A DNA stretch of 64,000 nt from Candidatus Enterousia sp. (GTDB taxonomy: Bacteria; Pseudomonadota; Alphaproteobacteria; Rs-D84), in assembly GCA_045645645.1 (NCBI GenBank), contig JAZRJE010000020.1, positions 69,132-133,131 of the forward strand, written 5' to 3'. Positions 38,327 to 50,005 of the stretch are shown here, in pieces (positions within the stretch are counted from its first letter, which is position 1; each line of letters starts with the position of its first letter). Made by a program: the position numbers and the translations under genes. The notes beneath the pieces were generated by a model. It was not told where the DNA came from, did no database searches, and was given only the letters and a program-made list of their open reading frames with translations.

Positions 38327-41300
38327 CTGTTTGGTTCATGACACTGAAATTTTTCGCGGTTGGCAATGTTGTTGCAGATATATCTGGATTATACATTGAT
38401 GTAGCATATATTGGTGATATAGCAAATGTTCCTGCAGATGATATTTGGGCACGATAAGTAAATTCTGATACAGAACGGGTTAGGTCGGTGTATATTATTA
38501 CACGATCTTCACGAATTTCTGAAAAGGTTTGATTCCCGATAACCTCTTCGGCAATAAAACCGCCTGGCAATAGGTCAATAATGGCAACATTTGGCAAAAT
38601 GTCTGTACCGCGTGCGCGAGCGCTTATTTTTACTGTTACAATATCTCCAAGGCTAGCAGATGTAATACGATTGTTATATGCGTCATAATATGTTCTGGTA
38701 ATTTCAATCCCGTTAGATTCATTTTTCGGATTTTTTTCAAACCCTTGCTGAATCAGTGCGTAATATAAAGTATTTTCACTGCATGATGGGCAATCAATTC
38801 GTATTTCTTGGGTGGTTAATGGTATATTGGCAATAATTGTATTTGATATGGAATCAGATGGGATTTGCGTATCATCACAAAAAATTGTTACTGGTGATGA
38901 TTGCGCAGATTGAATAGAAAATCCATTTAATCCCATTATTATTTTAGCTGATGTATATGTATCGTAATTACCACGGTTTATGTAAGCGCTGATGGCATTG
39001 CCTGTATTTGTCGCTGGACTGTTAAATATACTGCTGGATATATACAGGTATGTCGCATCATTGGATACGTTGTTATCGTATGTAGAAAGGTATTTAAAAC
39101 TGCCTGATTTAGATAGTTTATACTTGCTGATTAGTTCGATTGCTTTGTCGGCCTGATGCATCAAGTTATAGCTGGCAGCGATATAAACACCAGAAATTTC
39201 AGAATCCCAGTTCTTTAAATACTGGTTTGAGTATTCTTGGAACTTATCAATGTAGCTGGTAGTGACGTATCCGTTCGCAGTTATGACATATATGGCGTAT
39301 GCCATGGCACGGGCGTGTTCGGGACTGGTAATGGTTGATGCCGCATAATTGCGCAGAAAATCGATTGCGCGACCTAACATTGTGTCGGGAACGTTAAAGC
39401 CATTTTTGCGTGCCATGGACAAAAATTGTACAACATATGTGGTCAGCTCTGCAGATTCTATGGCGGTTGGTTGGTTTGTGGAAGATGTGTCCCATAAATC
39501 AAAAGAACCATCTGTCTTTTGGCGATTTTTTAGTGTGTTTATGGTGTCGTTAATTTTTGTTGCGGATATATTGTAATCTGTTCCCAGTATTGGACTGTCT
39601 GACAATAATACGTATGGAATTGTTTGTGATACTAGCTGTTCTGTACATGTAAATTCATATTTTGATAAGTATTCAAATAGTGGCTTAATTAATACTGCTG
39701 GTGTATTTGATATATACAGCTTTTGTACTGCATTTTCTGGATACATATCTGTATGAAGACGTTTTATCGTAGCGGTTTCGTGATCAATTAATGCTGTTTT
39801 TACTTGAGTTTTTATTGTTGTTGTTGGGCGTATGGATATTGTCGATGAAGAAGATCTATTAATTAATGCTAATCCGTTATCATTGGTAGCGCTGGCGTTT
39901 ACTGTTATGTTTGATATACCTGGTGTGTTTTGAGATTGTGCTTTAAATATGAACAAGTGTTCGTCGCCGTTTTTTATGTTAGATTCCATGTATGCCCCAG
40001 ATGTTATTGCGATATTATCAGAAGCCACTGTATCTGTTTGAATGTTAATGTTGGAACCAATGTCTGTCATGTTGCCAACCAGCGCATTAATTTCAAATTT
40101 ATCTCCTGGTGCAATAAATGTTGGGGCGGAAACAGAAATAACAAGTGGGTTTTGAATCGTTGTTTCTGTTTGGGCAGCCCCCACAGCGTTATCATTGGTA
40201 ATAACTGCAAAAATACGAATTGAACCATTAAAGTTGTCAGGAATATCAAAGCTGATGCTGCCCGTTGTATTTGCAGTTACATCAAGAATGCCAGAATAAA
40301 ATGCAACAGGAACAGATGTGCGACGTGAAAATGGGTTAGATAACGGTGACAATAATTCGCTGTCGCTGGATTCAAAATCGCCACCACCTGTTTTTGCAAA
40401 TTCGCGTAATATTTTGTATTCGGGTAATATTAAAGAAAGTATTTGAAATGTTTCAACCTGAAGAGCAGATTTTGCAAAAAAGTATTCTAGAGGAGATGGG
40501 GTCTTGAAACGGGAAACTTGTAATATACCTTCGTCAATTGCAAACAGCATCATGCGACCTGTTTGGTTGGATTTATATTCAATGTTAAGCTTATGATCAC
40601 GAATAATTTTTGGTGTGTCTAATGCTATAGCAATAGTTCTGTTTTGCATATTGGTGCTGAATGGAGCAACTGAATATGTATAAGGAGATGTGAATATGTC
40701 GTGGGAATCAATGGCACGAATGAATGATACATTGATATAGCCTGTGCCTTCAAAGTCAGATGGGATTTGTATTGTTTGCGTAGATGACGTATTGGACATG
40801 TTGAACCATTTGTGTGCATATATGCGATCTCGTTCAATGGTTATCAGACCATAACCTGCATATGGGGCGGTTATGTTAACTTGTATATTATCTCCAGGAA
40901 GATATGTTGATGAGTTTAATTTTATTTCTAGTTCTGCACTTTGTGTTGCAGTTAAATCTATGTTTTCATCTGATATAACGATATATTCGGTAGTAGATAA
41001 GGTTTTTTCGTTTTCATCTAAAATTTGAATAAAATAAGTTCCAGGATTATTAGTGACAAGATCTACAGAAGTTCCTTTTGTAGTGATTTCAAGTTTATCT
41101 TGTAATGCAATAACATCACGTGTAGTTGTTTGATATTTGTAATAATTGTTATAATCTTTGACCAAACTAGTTAATTTTTCACGACGAATAAAGCGAACAG
41201 TTAAATTTTCAACCGTAGTTGGCTGGGCGGTATTGTCTAGTGCAATAAAATCAATGCTATGTGTACTATTGCGATTAATGTAAGACAAATTTGCAGTGGT

Positions 41301-44057
41301 GTGACGGCCAACTAAATATTGGGCATTAGATGTGCGTGCAGTCAAAGTTGTTTGAACGGATTTGCCAGAATTAGGTTCATATCCATTAATTGTAGTTGTT
41401 AATAAATATGTTCCATTGGGAATAGGGGTATCAAATTTCACATCGGTGTGAACAAATCCATTGGAATCTGTATATAAATTGTCAATTGTTTTTGTGTATT
41501 TGTTTGTTTTTATTGGACTGGTTTGAGACATGGCGTTGCTGGTGACGCTGTTGAGAGTGAAATCATATTGAGAATAATCGTCAAATTTAAATTCCATTGG
41601 AATTAAGGTCGCTTGTAATTTTATGCGCCGTTCCGCTGCTGGTGTACCGAATAAATTACGAAGGTTTATATCCGTACTGATTGAATCAGGTTTTATCCAA
41701 CCTTGTGGTGTTGTGTTATTTATTGTTGCTGTTATTTTCATTGTGTCTGGAACAAATTCTGCAACCTGAAAAGTTGTTGTACCCAGTAAGTCTTGTGGTT
41801 TTGATCGAACGTTCAGGGAATACACATTAACGGTATATTCGCCAATTGTTGCGGCTGCAGAAAGTTGTACGCTTGTATCAAGCATCCCATCAGCGTGTAA
41901 GGATATATTTTTTTCTGTTATTGTGCGCCCCCTGGGGTCAAGAATACTGATGCGTACAGGAATTCCATCCAAGGATTTAAAAGATTTGTTCTTTATAATT
42001 GTGCCGATAATAGCTGTTTCCCCAGGGCGATAAATCCCACGATCTGTAAATATGAATGCATTAAGTGGTACACTGGTGTAAGAATATACGCCATCTATGT
42101 CAAACTTAGAATATTCGACATGCTGTGAATGTGCCGCATCATAGGGAATAAAAGAGATGTCGTTTTGAAGTCTTGCTATAATTGCAACAGGGGCACGGGC
42201 GTTTTTGTATTCTTTCCATGGCAGTGCAGGAATGTTGGCATAGCCGTTAGTGTCTGTGCGACCAGCCCATACAGAATTTCCATTTCTGCCCAAAATATTT
42301 ATTTCAACGTCAGCAGCAGGTTTTCCATCGGATATGTTTGAAATAAACAGCGAAGATGTTCCGTCTGTGTTAACCTTTCTAATAATTCCTAAATTAGTTA
42401 CTATTATTAAGCGTTGGTCATTGAAGTTTGCATCGTTTTCAGATGTACCTGCTTGAATAATAAAAACACCTGTTTTGTCGTTTGAAACCCTGTCCATGTA
42501 ATCCCCAAGGTCTAGAGAGGCATAATTTGTTTCAATGGCGTTTGATACGTTTAAAGGAATACGCTTTTCAAATACAACTGACATATCGTATGTGCCAAAA
42601 GACCAGGATTTGAATTCAATATCAGATGAAAATACGTTATACGTTTGTGAAATCAGATGGTTAATCTCGGTGGATTTAATTTTGTATAGTTTGACATATG
42701 CGTTGTGTACACCGCCACGCGTCATTATTCCCAACTTTTTGTCGCCAGACATCGATAGAATAGCGCCTGAGCCAGCAATTTTTACGGATTGTACGGGATA
42801 TGCTACTGGTAAAACATCAGTTAAACCATTGGTCATTGTAAAATCACCATTGGATTTTGCCCCAGGGGTTATTTCTATGTAAATATATCGTGGGCCCGCA
42901 TCTGGAACATTATATGCGAATGCATACTGATTTATGCCCGCTGGATTTACAAATTCAGAAGGAATTAGTTTTAATCTTTTTGAGTTTAATAATATATCTG
43001 GTGTTACTTCATCGTTCTGCCAGTTATGGTTGCTTTCTGTGTTTTTACTATCTTTATATTGCGGCAACAGGTATACGTTTATATGTTGAGACCAATTAGT
43101 TGCTTTAGATGCTGGTGCGCTGGTGCGTAATAATAGTAACTGTTTAGAATTATTATCTGAATCATCTGCGATAATGGATTCAACTGAAGTTATGCGAAAA
43201 AAGTTGTCACGTGCATCAATAGTAGAGACACCTGTTATTTTTTCTGTGCTGGAATCACCATACATTGCTGGTACACGATTAAGTTTAAATCTTATGTTCT
43301 GAGGAGTGTTAATTACAGCAATAGGTTCTGATATTATAAATGCTGTTCTATGGAATTTATCAAATTTCACGGAAAAATTTATTTTTTTATCGTCTAGGCG
43401 CATTGATACTTTGTCTGAAAAATGGTCTGTGTCTATGGGATAATTAAATGAAATAATTGCTACACCAATCATGTTATTGGGATCAGATGGTGCAGGATAT
43501 ACATTAAAAGAGTCTATTGTTGCATTAATTGCTTTGGTTGTAAATGTGGCCGAATAATGGTCTGGATTAACATCGTTCGCAAATAAGCGTTTAGACATGC
43601 GTACGGTGAATTTCATGCCTGCGGGCCATGGGGTTTCAGGGGTAAATGTAATCGTGTATGGATTCTTGATGGTAAATTTGCCATGAATCAGTGGAGAAAT
43701 ACTTATATATTTGCTGATGTTATTATCATTAATATTCATATCAAAGGCAGGATTATATGGCCCAGATAACCAGTTATAGGCAATATCAATGCTGGCAGTG
43801 CTATTTAGATTTCTATTGTTGTTTACATCTGGTATCCCATCTGATGAGATAAACGTTAGATTGTTTTCATCTGTAAAGTTTTGTGTGGTTGGCGGAGTTA
43901 TATGCAGGCGAAGATTGGTTTTTTCTTGCTTGTCTATGGAAAGTATAAAAAACAAGATGGCAAAAACGATGCATACAAATGATAATATACTTATAAAAGA
44001 CCATATGTGTCGACGAAAAATAGACTTTTTCTGTGTCTTTTTGCTTTTTTGTCTCAT
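38319..44057 (-). CDS. bacterial alpha-2-macroglobulin (YfhM-like)
   Basis: FTDRGIYRPGE, AIDEGIL, CTEQ thioester motif, DLLPGG, REDR; coupled to pbpC. Confidence 0.92.
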   Translation of the reverse strand: MRQKSKKTQKKSIFRRHIWSFISILSFVCIVFAILFFILSIDKQEKTNLRLHITPPTTQNFTDENNLTFISSDGIPDVNNNRNLNSTASIDIAYNWLSGPYNPAFDMNINDNNISKYISISPLIHGKFTIKNPYTITFTPETPWPAGMKFTVRMSKRLFANDVNPDHYSATFTTKAINATIDSFNVYPAPSDPNNMIGVAIISFNYPIDTDHFSDKVSMRLDDKKINFSVKFDKFHRTAFIISEPIAVINTPQNIRFKLNRVPAMYGDSSTEKITGVSTIDARDNFFRITSVESIIADDSDNNSKQLLLLRTSAPASKATNWSQHINVYLLPQYKDSKNTESNHNWQNDEVTPDILLNSKRLKLIPSEFVNPAGINQYAFAYNVPDAGPRYIYIEITPGAKSNGDFTMTNGLTDVLPVAYPVQSVKIAGSGAILSMSGDKKLGIMTRGGVHNAYVKLYKIKSTEINHLISQTYNVFSSDIEFKSWSFGTYDMSVVFEKRIPLNVSNAIETNYASLDLGDYMDRVSNDKTGVFIIQAGTSENDANFNDQRLIIVTNLGIIRKVNTDGTSSLFISNISDGKPAADVEINILGRNGNSVWAGRTDTNGYANIPALPWKEYKNARAPVAIIARLQNDISFIPYDAAHSQHVEYSKFDIDGVYSYTSVPLNAFIFTDRGIYRPGETAIIGTIIKNKSFKSLDGIPVRISILDPRGRTITEKNISLHADGMLDTSVQLSAAATIGEYTVNVYSLNVRSKPQDLLGTTTFQVAEFVPDTMKITATINNTTPQGWIKPDSISTDINLRNLFGTPAAERRIKLQATLIPMEFKFDDYSQYDFTLNSVTSNAMSQTSPIKTNKYTKTIDNLYTDSNGFVHTDVKFDTPIPNGTYLLTTTINGYEPNSGKSVQTTLTARTSNAQYLVGRHTTANLSYINRNSTHSIDFIALDNTAQPTTVENLTVRFIRREKLTSLVKDYNNYYKYQTTTRDVIALQDKLEITTKGTSVDLVTNNPGTYFIQILDENEKTLSTTEYIVISDENIDLTATQSAELEIKLNSSTYLPGDNIQVNITAPYAGYGLITIERDRIYAHKWFNMSNTSSTQTIQIPSDFEGTGYINVSFIRAIDSHDIFTSPYTYSVAPFSTNMQNRTIAIALDTPKIIRDHKLNIEYKSNQTGRMMLFAIDEGILQVSRFKTPSPLEYFFAKSALQVETFQILSLILPEYKILREFAKTGGGDFESSDSELLSPLSNPFSRRTSVPVAFYSGILDVTANTTGSISFDIPDNFNGSIRIFAVITNDNAVGAAQTETTIQNPLVISVSAPTFIAPGDKFEINALVGNMTDIGSNINIQTDTVASDNIAITSGAYMESNIKNGDEHLFIFKAQSQNTPGISNITVNASATNDNGLALINRSSSSTISIRPTTTIKTQVKTALIDHETATIKRLHTDMYPENAVQKLYISNTPAVLIKPLFEYLSKYEFTCTEQLVSQTIPYVLLSDSPILGTDYNISATKINDTINTLKNRQKTDGSFDLWDTSSTNQPTAIESAELTTYVVQFLSMARKNGFNVPDTMLGRAIDFLRNYAASTITSPEHARAMAYAIYVITANGYVTTSYIDKFQEYSNQYLKNWDSEISGVYIAASYNLMHQADKAIELISKYKLSKSGSFKYLSTYDNNVSNDATYLYISSSIFNSPATNTGNAISAYINRGNYDTYTSAKIIMGLNGFSIQSAQSSPVTIFCDDTQIPSDSISNTIIANIPLTTQEIRIDCPSCSENTLYYALIQQGFEKNPKNESNGIEITRTYYDAYNNRITSASLGDIVTVKISARARGTDILPNVAIIDLLPGGFIAEEVIGNQTFSEIREDRVIIYTDLTRSVSEFTYRAQISSAGTFAISPIYATSMYNPDISATTLPTAKNFSVMNQTDE

Positions 44058-44170
44058 CAGTTCCTTCCCAACATACGGGTATATATTTTAAATGCATATT
44101 TTAAAAAGACAAGTTTTTTATTTAATTTTTGCTTGTATGAATTGGTTGACAATGGGTGAATCAGTATATG

Positions 44171-46060
44171 TTAAAAGCGAAACTTGCTTTTTGCTAATAC
44201 GTAAATTTCATCTGTGCCGTATGGATTGTCAACAAATGCTGCTGTAATGTTTTTATAACCAATTGAATATTCAATTGCAGGGCGTGATGTCAGATTGATT
44301 TTGTAATCATTGTACAACAGTGTGCCACTTGAATTACGACCAGCTGGTAGACGCATATTCATTGTTCCGCTGATTATTGTGTCGTTTGTTGCAACAGACA
44401 GTGTCCAGTTGCCAACATTGGCCCCCAGTGTAACTGATGCGGTATATATGTTTGAAAAATTTGTTACAACAGAGGTGTTTTCATTAACATGTGGGTTGCT
44501 GATGCCGAATTCTGTGCGTTGAAATAGTTGCATGAAACCTGTGTCTATGCCGCTATTTGTGGCAATATATGTTATAGATGTTTTGTCAGTAGTGCTTAAA
44601 AATCCGTCAGCCCCCAGAAAATCACTGGTGCGCATACCAAATTCAAAATTGCCGATTTGGGCGCTGTGGTGTTTTTCTTGGCGCAAGTGTGTAAAACCGC
44701 GTCCTTGGTTTTGTATCTGGATTTTGTCATTTAGTTTTGTTGTAAAGGTGCGACCAAAGTCGTCGACAAAGGCCAGTTGCAAATTTTCTGATTTAATTTG
44801 ATGAGCTATTGTGCTTGATACGCGCGCGGTTTCTAATGGGCGTGCTATGTTTTCTGTTATTGGAATTAATTCTGTTCCAACAGGACGGGTTGCACGTTCC
44901 AAATCTAACATGCCATGACCATATATTGCATCAACGCCGTCTTCGCCCAGATCACGTGCGGTGGCAAATAATAATTCTGTTATTTGGGTTGATTTCATAT
45001 ATGGGAATGCTTCGCGGATAACGGCGACTGCGGCGCTGACAATTGGGGCCGCAAAGCTGGTGCCGTCAAGGCGTGTAGAATATCCAGCAGATAAATTCGT
45101 TCCTGGGGCAGTTATACAATAATTCATTGTAACACCACATGCGTTACTAAAATCGGCCAAAGCACCTGTTTGTTCGTCCCATGCAACAACATTTATAAAA
45201 TGCCCATTTAAGTCAGATGAAATATTTGGCAATGCGGACAGGGCGTTTGCTTGATTTGCGCCATTGTTACCTGCTGCCCATACGAATATAGCGTCGCGTT
45301 CACGTGCTGCTGTTTCAATTGCACTGATAAATGTTTCATCCGTCAATCTAACTAGATCTTTACGATTTTTGATTGTGTCTGCGTATCTATTGCTTATAAC
45401 CCAACTGGCGTTATAGATATTTGCATCGTCAATTGTGTTGATAATATTACCGATTTGTTTAAATGGTAAGAAATTGTTGTTATCGTCATAAACTTTATAG
45501 CTGTTCACTGTTGCATCTGGTGCAACTGAATTTGATGCTAGTTGTGCTACTTTTTGACCATGGAATAGGTCGTCGCCAGTGTCTAATATTGCTATAGTTG
45601 AGTTTTTGCCTGTGAAACCACGTGCCAATGAATATGCAGCACGTATTTCGTTGTATTGATTGTAGTTTTTAGTGTATTCACGTGTTTCCATTGCCGCAGC
45701 AAGTTGTGTTTTTGTGACGTCGTTTCCAACGTGATTGTATACAGGCAAGGTTGGGGAGTGTGTTGCAATTACCCCACGGTCTGTATTGGTAGTGGCTGGG
45801 GCACTGGATGCGGTATTGCTGGATGATGATGTGCCGATTAGAGCCAGGCTGGCGCCGATTGCAGCTAATGCGCCACCAGCAACTGCTGTGCTGGTTGCAA
45901 AAGAAAATGTATTCTTTGTGTAATTTTTACATTGGTCTGGGTTGTATCTGCGAAACGTTGGATTTGAACAGTTTTCTGAATTAATTGTAACGCCATGAAC
46001 AGGCACAACCATCAGTGCGCCAGATAAGACAATCGACAAAAATACGTTCTTTCTCATCAT
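44171..46060 (-). CDS. S8 subtilisin-like serine protease, secreted/outer-membrane
   Basis: ILDTG, HG, WAAGN, GTSFAAP, YGHGMLD; beta-rich C-terminus ending in F. Confidence 0.88.
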   Translation of the reverse strand: MMRKNVFLSIVLSGALMVVPVHGVTINSENCSNPTFRRYNPDQCKNYTKNTFSFATSTAVAGGALAAIGASLALIGTSSSSNTASSAPATTNTDRGVIATHSPTLPVYNHVGNDVTKTQLAAAMETREYTKNYNQYNEIRAAYSLARGFTGKNSTIAILDTGDDLFHGQKVAQLASNSVAPDATVNSYKVYDDNNNFLPFKQIGNIINTIDDANIYNASWVISNRYADTIKNRKDLVRLTDETFISAIETAARERDAIFVWAAGNNGANQANALSALPNISSDLNGHFINVVAWDEQTGALADFSNACGVTMNYCITAPGTNLSAGYSTRLDGTSFAAPIVSAAVAVIREAFPYMKSTQITELLFATARDLGEDGVDAIYGHGMLDLERATRPVGTELIPITENIARPLETARVSSTIAHQIKSENLQLAFVDDFGRTFTTKLNDKIQIQNQGRGFTHLRQEKHHSAQIGNFEFGMRTSDFLGADGFLSTTDKTSITYIATNSGIDTGFMQLFQRTEFGISNPHVNENTSVVTNFSNIYTASVTLGANVGNWTLSVATNDTIISGTMNMRLPAGRNSSGTLLYNDYKINLTSRPAIEYSIGYKNITAAFVDNPYGTDEIYVLAKSKFRF

Positions 46061-46173
46061 TTCTTTACGTCCCTCCGTGGACACTGTGCCCACACAATGT
46101 AAATATAGTACAAAAAATGCACTTGTCAATGATTTGGTGCGTAAAATCATTTGTTGAACTTGTATATTTTTAC

Positions 46174-46290
46174 TTGATTTTTTATATTGTTTATTCTATT
46201 ATCAGGGCACGCACTTTGGTGCGAAGAACACAGCCGTTATGCTTGTTTGTGTCCAGATTTTGAAAATTTGGGTTTTGCATACGGTGAGGA
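46174..46290 (+). promoter_or_regulatory. rpsB promoter and structured leader (candidate S2 autoregulatory element)
   Basis: TTGATT-17-TATTAT; hairpins CGCAC-TTTG-GTGCG and CCGTTATGC...GCATACGG enclosing CCAGATTT/AAATTTGG. Confidence 0.55.
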
Positions 46291-46315
46291 TAACAACACA
46301 AAAAAGGATAAAATC

Positions 46316-47167
46316 ATGGCATTGCCAACATTTACAATGAAACAGTTGATGGAAGCTGGTGTGCATTTTGGTCACCATACACGTCGCTGGAATCCATTGA
46401 TGACACCATATGTTTATGGCGTTAAAGATAAAATTCACATTATCAATTTGAATAAGACTGCACCATTGTTACATCGCTCGTTGGTTGCATTGGAAGCAAT
46501 CGCAGCAGCTGGTGGTAAGGTACTGTTTGTTGCAACAAAGCATCAGGCAAAAGATATTGTTAAAGATGCTGCAGAACGTTGTGGACAATATTATGTTAAC
46601 AATCGCTGGTTAGGTGGTATGTTGACAAACTGGACAACGGTTTCACAGTCTATTCGTCGTTTGAAGAAAATGGAACATGATATTGAAAATGCTGAAAAAT
46701 TGGGCTTGACCAAGAAAGAAGTAGGTGTTATGACCAAGGAAGTTGAAAAACTGCGCGATATTTTTGGCGGTATCTTGGAAATGCACGGTGTTCCACAGGC
46801 GATGGTTGTAATTGATGTTCCACGTGAAATGAATGCTGTACGTGAAGCGAAGAATTTGGATATTCCAACAATCGCGATTTGTGATACTAATGCAAATCCA
46901 GAAATGGTTGATTATCCAGTGCCAGGTAATGACGATGCGGCACGTGCAACACAGTTGTACTGCGATTTGTTCGTAGATGCTATTTTGTCTGGTATTGAAA
47001 AACGTCTGGGTGGCGTTGCAGGCAAGAAAGTTGAATCTGATATGAAAGCAGATGCGGCTGATGAATTGGAAGATGAAATCAAAGAAAAAGAAGCTAAGAT
47101 GAAATCCAAAACATCAGAAGCGCGCGCTGAACGTCGTGGTAAATTAGCAGACAAAGCTGATAAATAA
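46316..47167 (+). CDS. rpsB: 30S ribosomal protein S2
   Basis: EAGVHFGH, RWLGGMLTN, PGNDDA; SD AAGGA before 46316. Confidence 0.97.
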   Translation: MALPTFTMKQLMEAGVHFGHHTRRWNPLMTPYVYGVKDKIHIINLNKTAPLLHRSLVALEAIAAAGGKVLFVATKHQAKDIVKDAAERCGQYYVNNRWLGGMLTNWTTVSQSIRRLKKMEHDIENAEKLGLTKKEVGVMTKEVEKLRDIFGGILEMHGVPQAMVVIDVPREMNAVREAKNLDIPTIAICDTNANPEMVDYPVPGNDDAARATQLYCDLFVDAILSGIEKRLGGVAGKKVESDMKADAADELEDEIKEKEAKMKSKTSEARAERRGKLADKADK

Positions 47168-47191
47168 CAGGTAGATGCATAGGGGCTGGTT

Positions 47192-47446
47192 ATGGAACTG
47201 GATAGAAATCTGCATCGATATGTCACGACAAATGATGGGCGCTTATACAATGGTGTGTTGGCGTCTGATTTTAGTGACGATGTATGTGTGTGGTCTTGCT
47301 CTACATTGGGCACTGGCGAACACGTCGGATTTGTTGGACAGGAAAAGTATGGTTTGACCAGCGCCCTGTGCGAAACGTGTGAGGCAGCACGTGCGCAAAT
47401 GATTGCGATGCTGCAAGGCTGTAAGGTTTCAAAGAAAGTAAAATAA
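47192..47446 (+). CDS. small hypothetical protein inside rpsB-tsf
   Basis: 84-aa ORF filling the gap, SD AGGGG. Confidence 0.55.
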   Translation: MELDRNLHRYVTTNDGRLYNGVLASDFSDDVCVWSCSTLGTGEHVGFVGQEKYGLTSALCETCEAARAQMIAMLQGCKVSKKVK

Positions 47447-47464
47447 AAAATTGGGAGAAAACAC

Positions 47465-48334
47465 ATGGCAGAAATTACAACAAAACTGATTCAAGAACTG
47501 CGTGAAAAAACATCTGCAGGTATGATGGATTGTAAAAAGGCCCTGATGGAAAATGACGGTGATGTTCAAGCTGCTGCTGATTGGTTGCGTCAAAAGGGTA
47601 TTGTAAAGGCTGCGTCTAAGGCTGGTCGTGTTGCAGCGTCAGGCTTGGTAACGGTTGTTAAATGTGACGGTATGGGGTGCGTTGTTGAATTAAACGCAGA
47701 AACAGACTTCGTTGCAAAAAATGAAATGTTCCAGAAGTTGGTCGCAAATGTTGCAGACAAGGCTTTGGAATTGTCTGGTGATTTTGAAGCAACAATGAAC
47801 GCAGTTAAAGATGATATCGCAGCAACTATTGCAACAATTGGTGAAAATATGAATTTGCGCCGCATTTCAACAGTTAAAGGTGATAAAATCTTTACATATA
47901 TTCACAATGCGTTGGTTCCAGGTATGGGACAAATTGGCGTTGTTGTTGCAATCAATGGCGATGATGCCAAAATTGATGAAATTGGTTCTAAGATTGCGAT
48001 GCACATCGCGGCAAATAAACCTGAATTTATGACAATTGCTGATGTTGACCCAGTTGCGGTTGAACGCGAAAAGAAAGTGTTTGTTGAATCAGGTGCAACA
48101 GCTGGTAAACCAGAAAATATCGTTGAAAAGATGGTAGAAGGCCGTATTAAGAAGTATTATGGCGAATCTGTTTTAGAAGAACAGCCATTCGTTATGGATC
48201 CTTCTAAGACAGTTAAAGAAGTTATTGGCGATGCTAATGGTAAATTGTCTGGTTTCGCATACTTTGTGCTGGGTGAAGGTATTGAAAAGCGTGAAGACAA
48301 TTTGGCAGATGAAGTTGCAAAGATGTTGGATTAA
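47465..48334 (+). CDS. tsf: elongation factor Ts
   Basis: LREKTSAGMMDCKKAL, ETDFVA. Confidence 0.97.
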   Translation: MAEITTKLIQELREKTSAGMMDCKKALMENDGDVQAAADWLRQKGIVKAASKAGRVAASGLVTVVKCDGMGCVVELNAETDFVAKNEMFQKLVANVADKALELSGDFEATMNAVKDDIAATIATIGENMNLRRISTVKGDKIFTYIHNALVPGMGQIGVVVAINGDDAKIDEIGSKIAMHIAANKPEFMTIADVDPVAVEREKKVFVESGATAGKPENIVEKMVEGRIKKYYGESVLEEQPFVMDPSKTVKEVIGDANGKLSGFAYFVLGEGIEKREDNLADEVAKMLD

Positions 48335-48352
48335 TTTTCAATATATACAATT

Positions 48353-48381
48353 AAAAAATCCTCCAAAAAGGGGGATTTTTT
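48353..48381. terminator. bidirectional terminator after tsf
   Basis: AAAAATCCTCC-AAAAA-GGGGGATTTTT. Confidence 0.75.
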
Positions 48382-48586
48382 ATTTTTTTGTTCCGACGAA
48401 TAGTGCATAAAACCATCCGATTATGGACCAGCCAAACAACCACGAGCTTGTTCGTACTGCACACATATCTTGTTTGCCTTTGTCGGCTTGGCGTGCAATC
48501 CATGCAGGTGCGCATATTATCACAAATGTTAGCGCAATGGCCGCAACATATTTGATGCTTAAAATTATTGTTGATGTTGATATCAT
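48380..48586 (-). CDS. superinfection-immunity-like small membrane protein
   Basis: PAWIA...WLFGWSIIGWFYAL resembles the T4 Imm family pattern P.IIA...LGWT.IGW..AL. Confidence 0.7.
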   Translation of the reverse strand: MISTSTIILSIKYVAAIALTFVIICAPAWIARQADKGKQDMCAVRTSSWLFGWSIIGWFYALFVGTKK

Positions 48587-48645
48587 AGTTCTTGTTTAAA
48601 ATATAAGGGGCATGTACTGCCCCCCTTTGTTTGTTCTCTGATGCA

Positions 48646-49941
<1,296 letters not shown>

Positions 49942-50005
49942 TTAGATTCCAAATTTGTGCAATAATATAATCATAATTTTATGAGAAAAAGAAATAAAAA
50001 ATAAT

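Noticed and set aside
46061-46315. Upstream extensions of the S8 protease and rpsB ORFs
   Set aside because: They cover promoters and leader; SD and homology favour starts at 46060 and 46316.
46912-47466. 184-aa - strand ORF across the rpsB end
   Set aside because: Antisense to rpsB and the 84-aa ORF, with no SD or recognisable motif.
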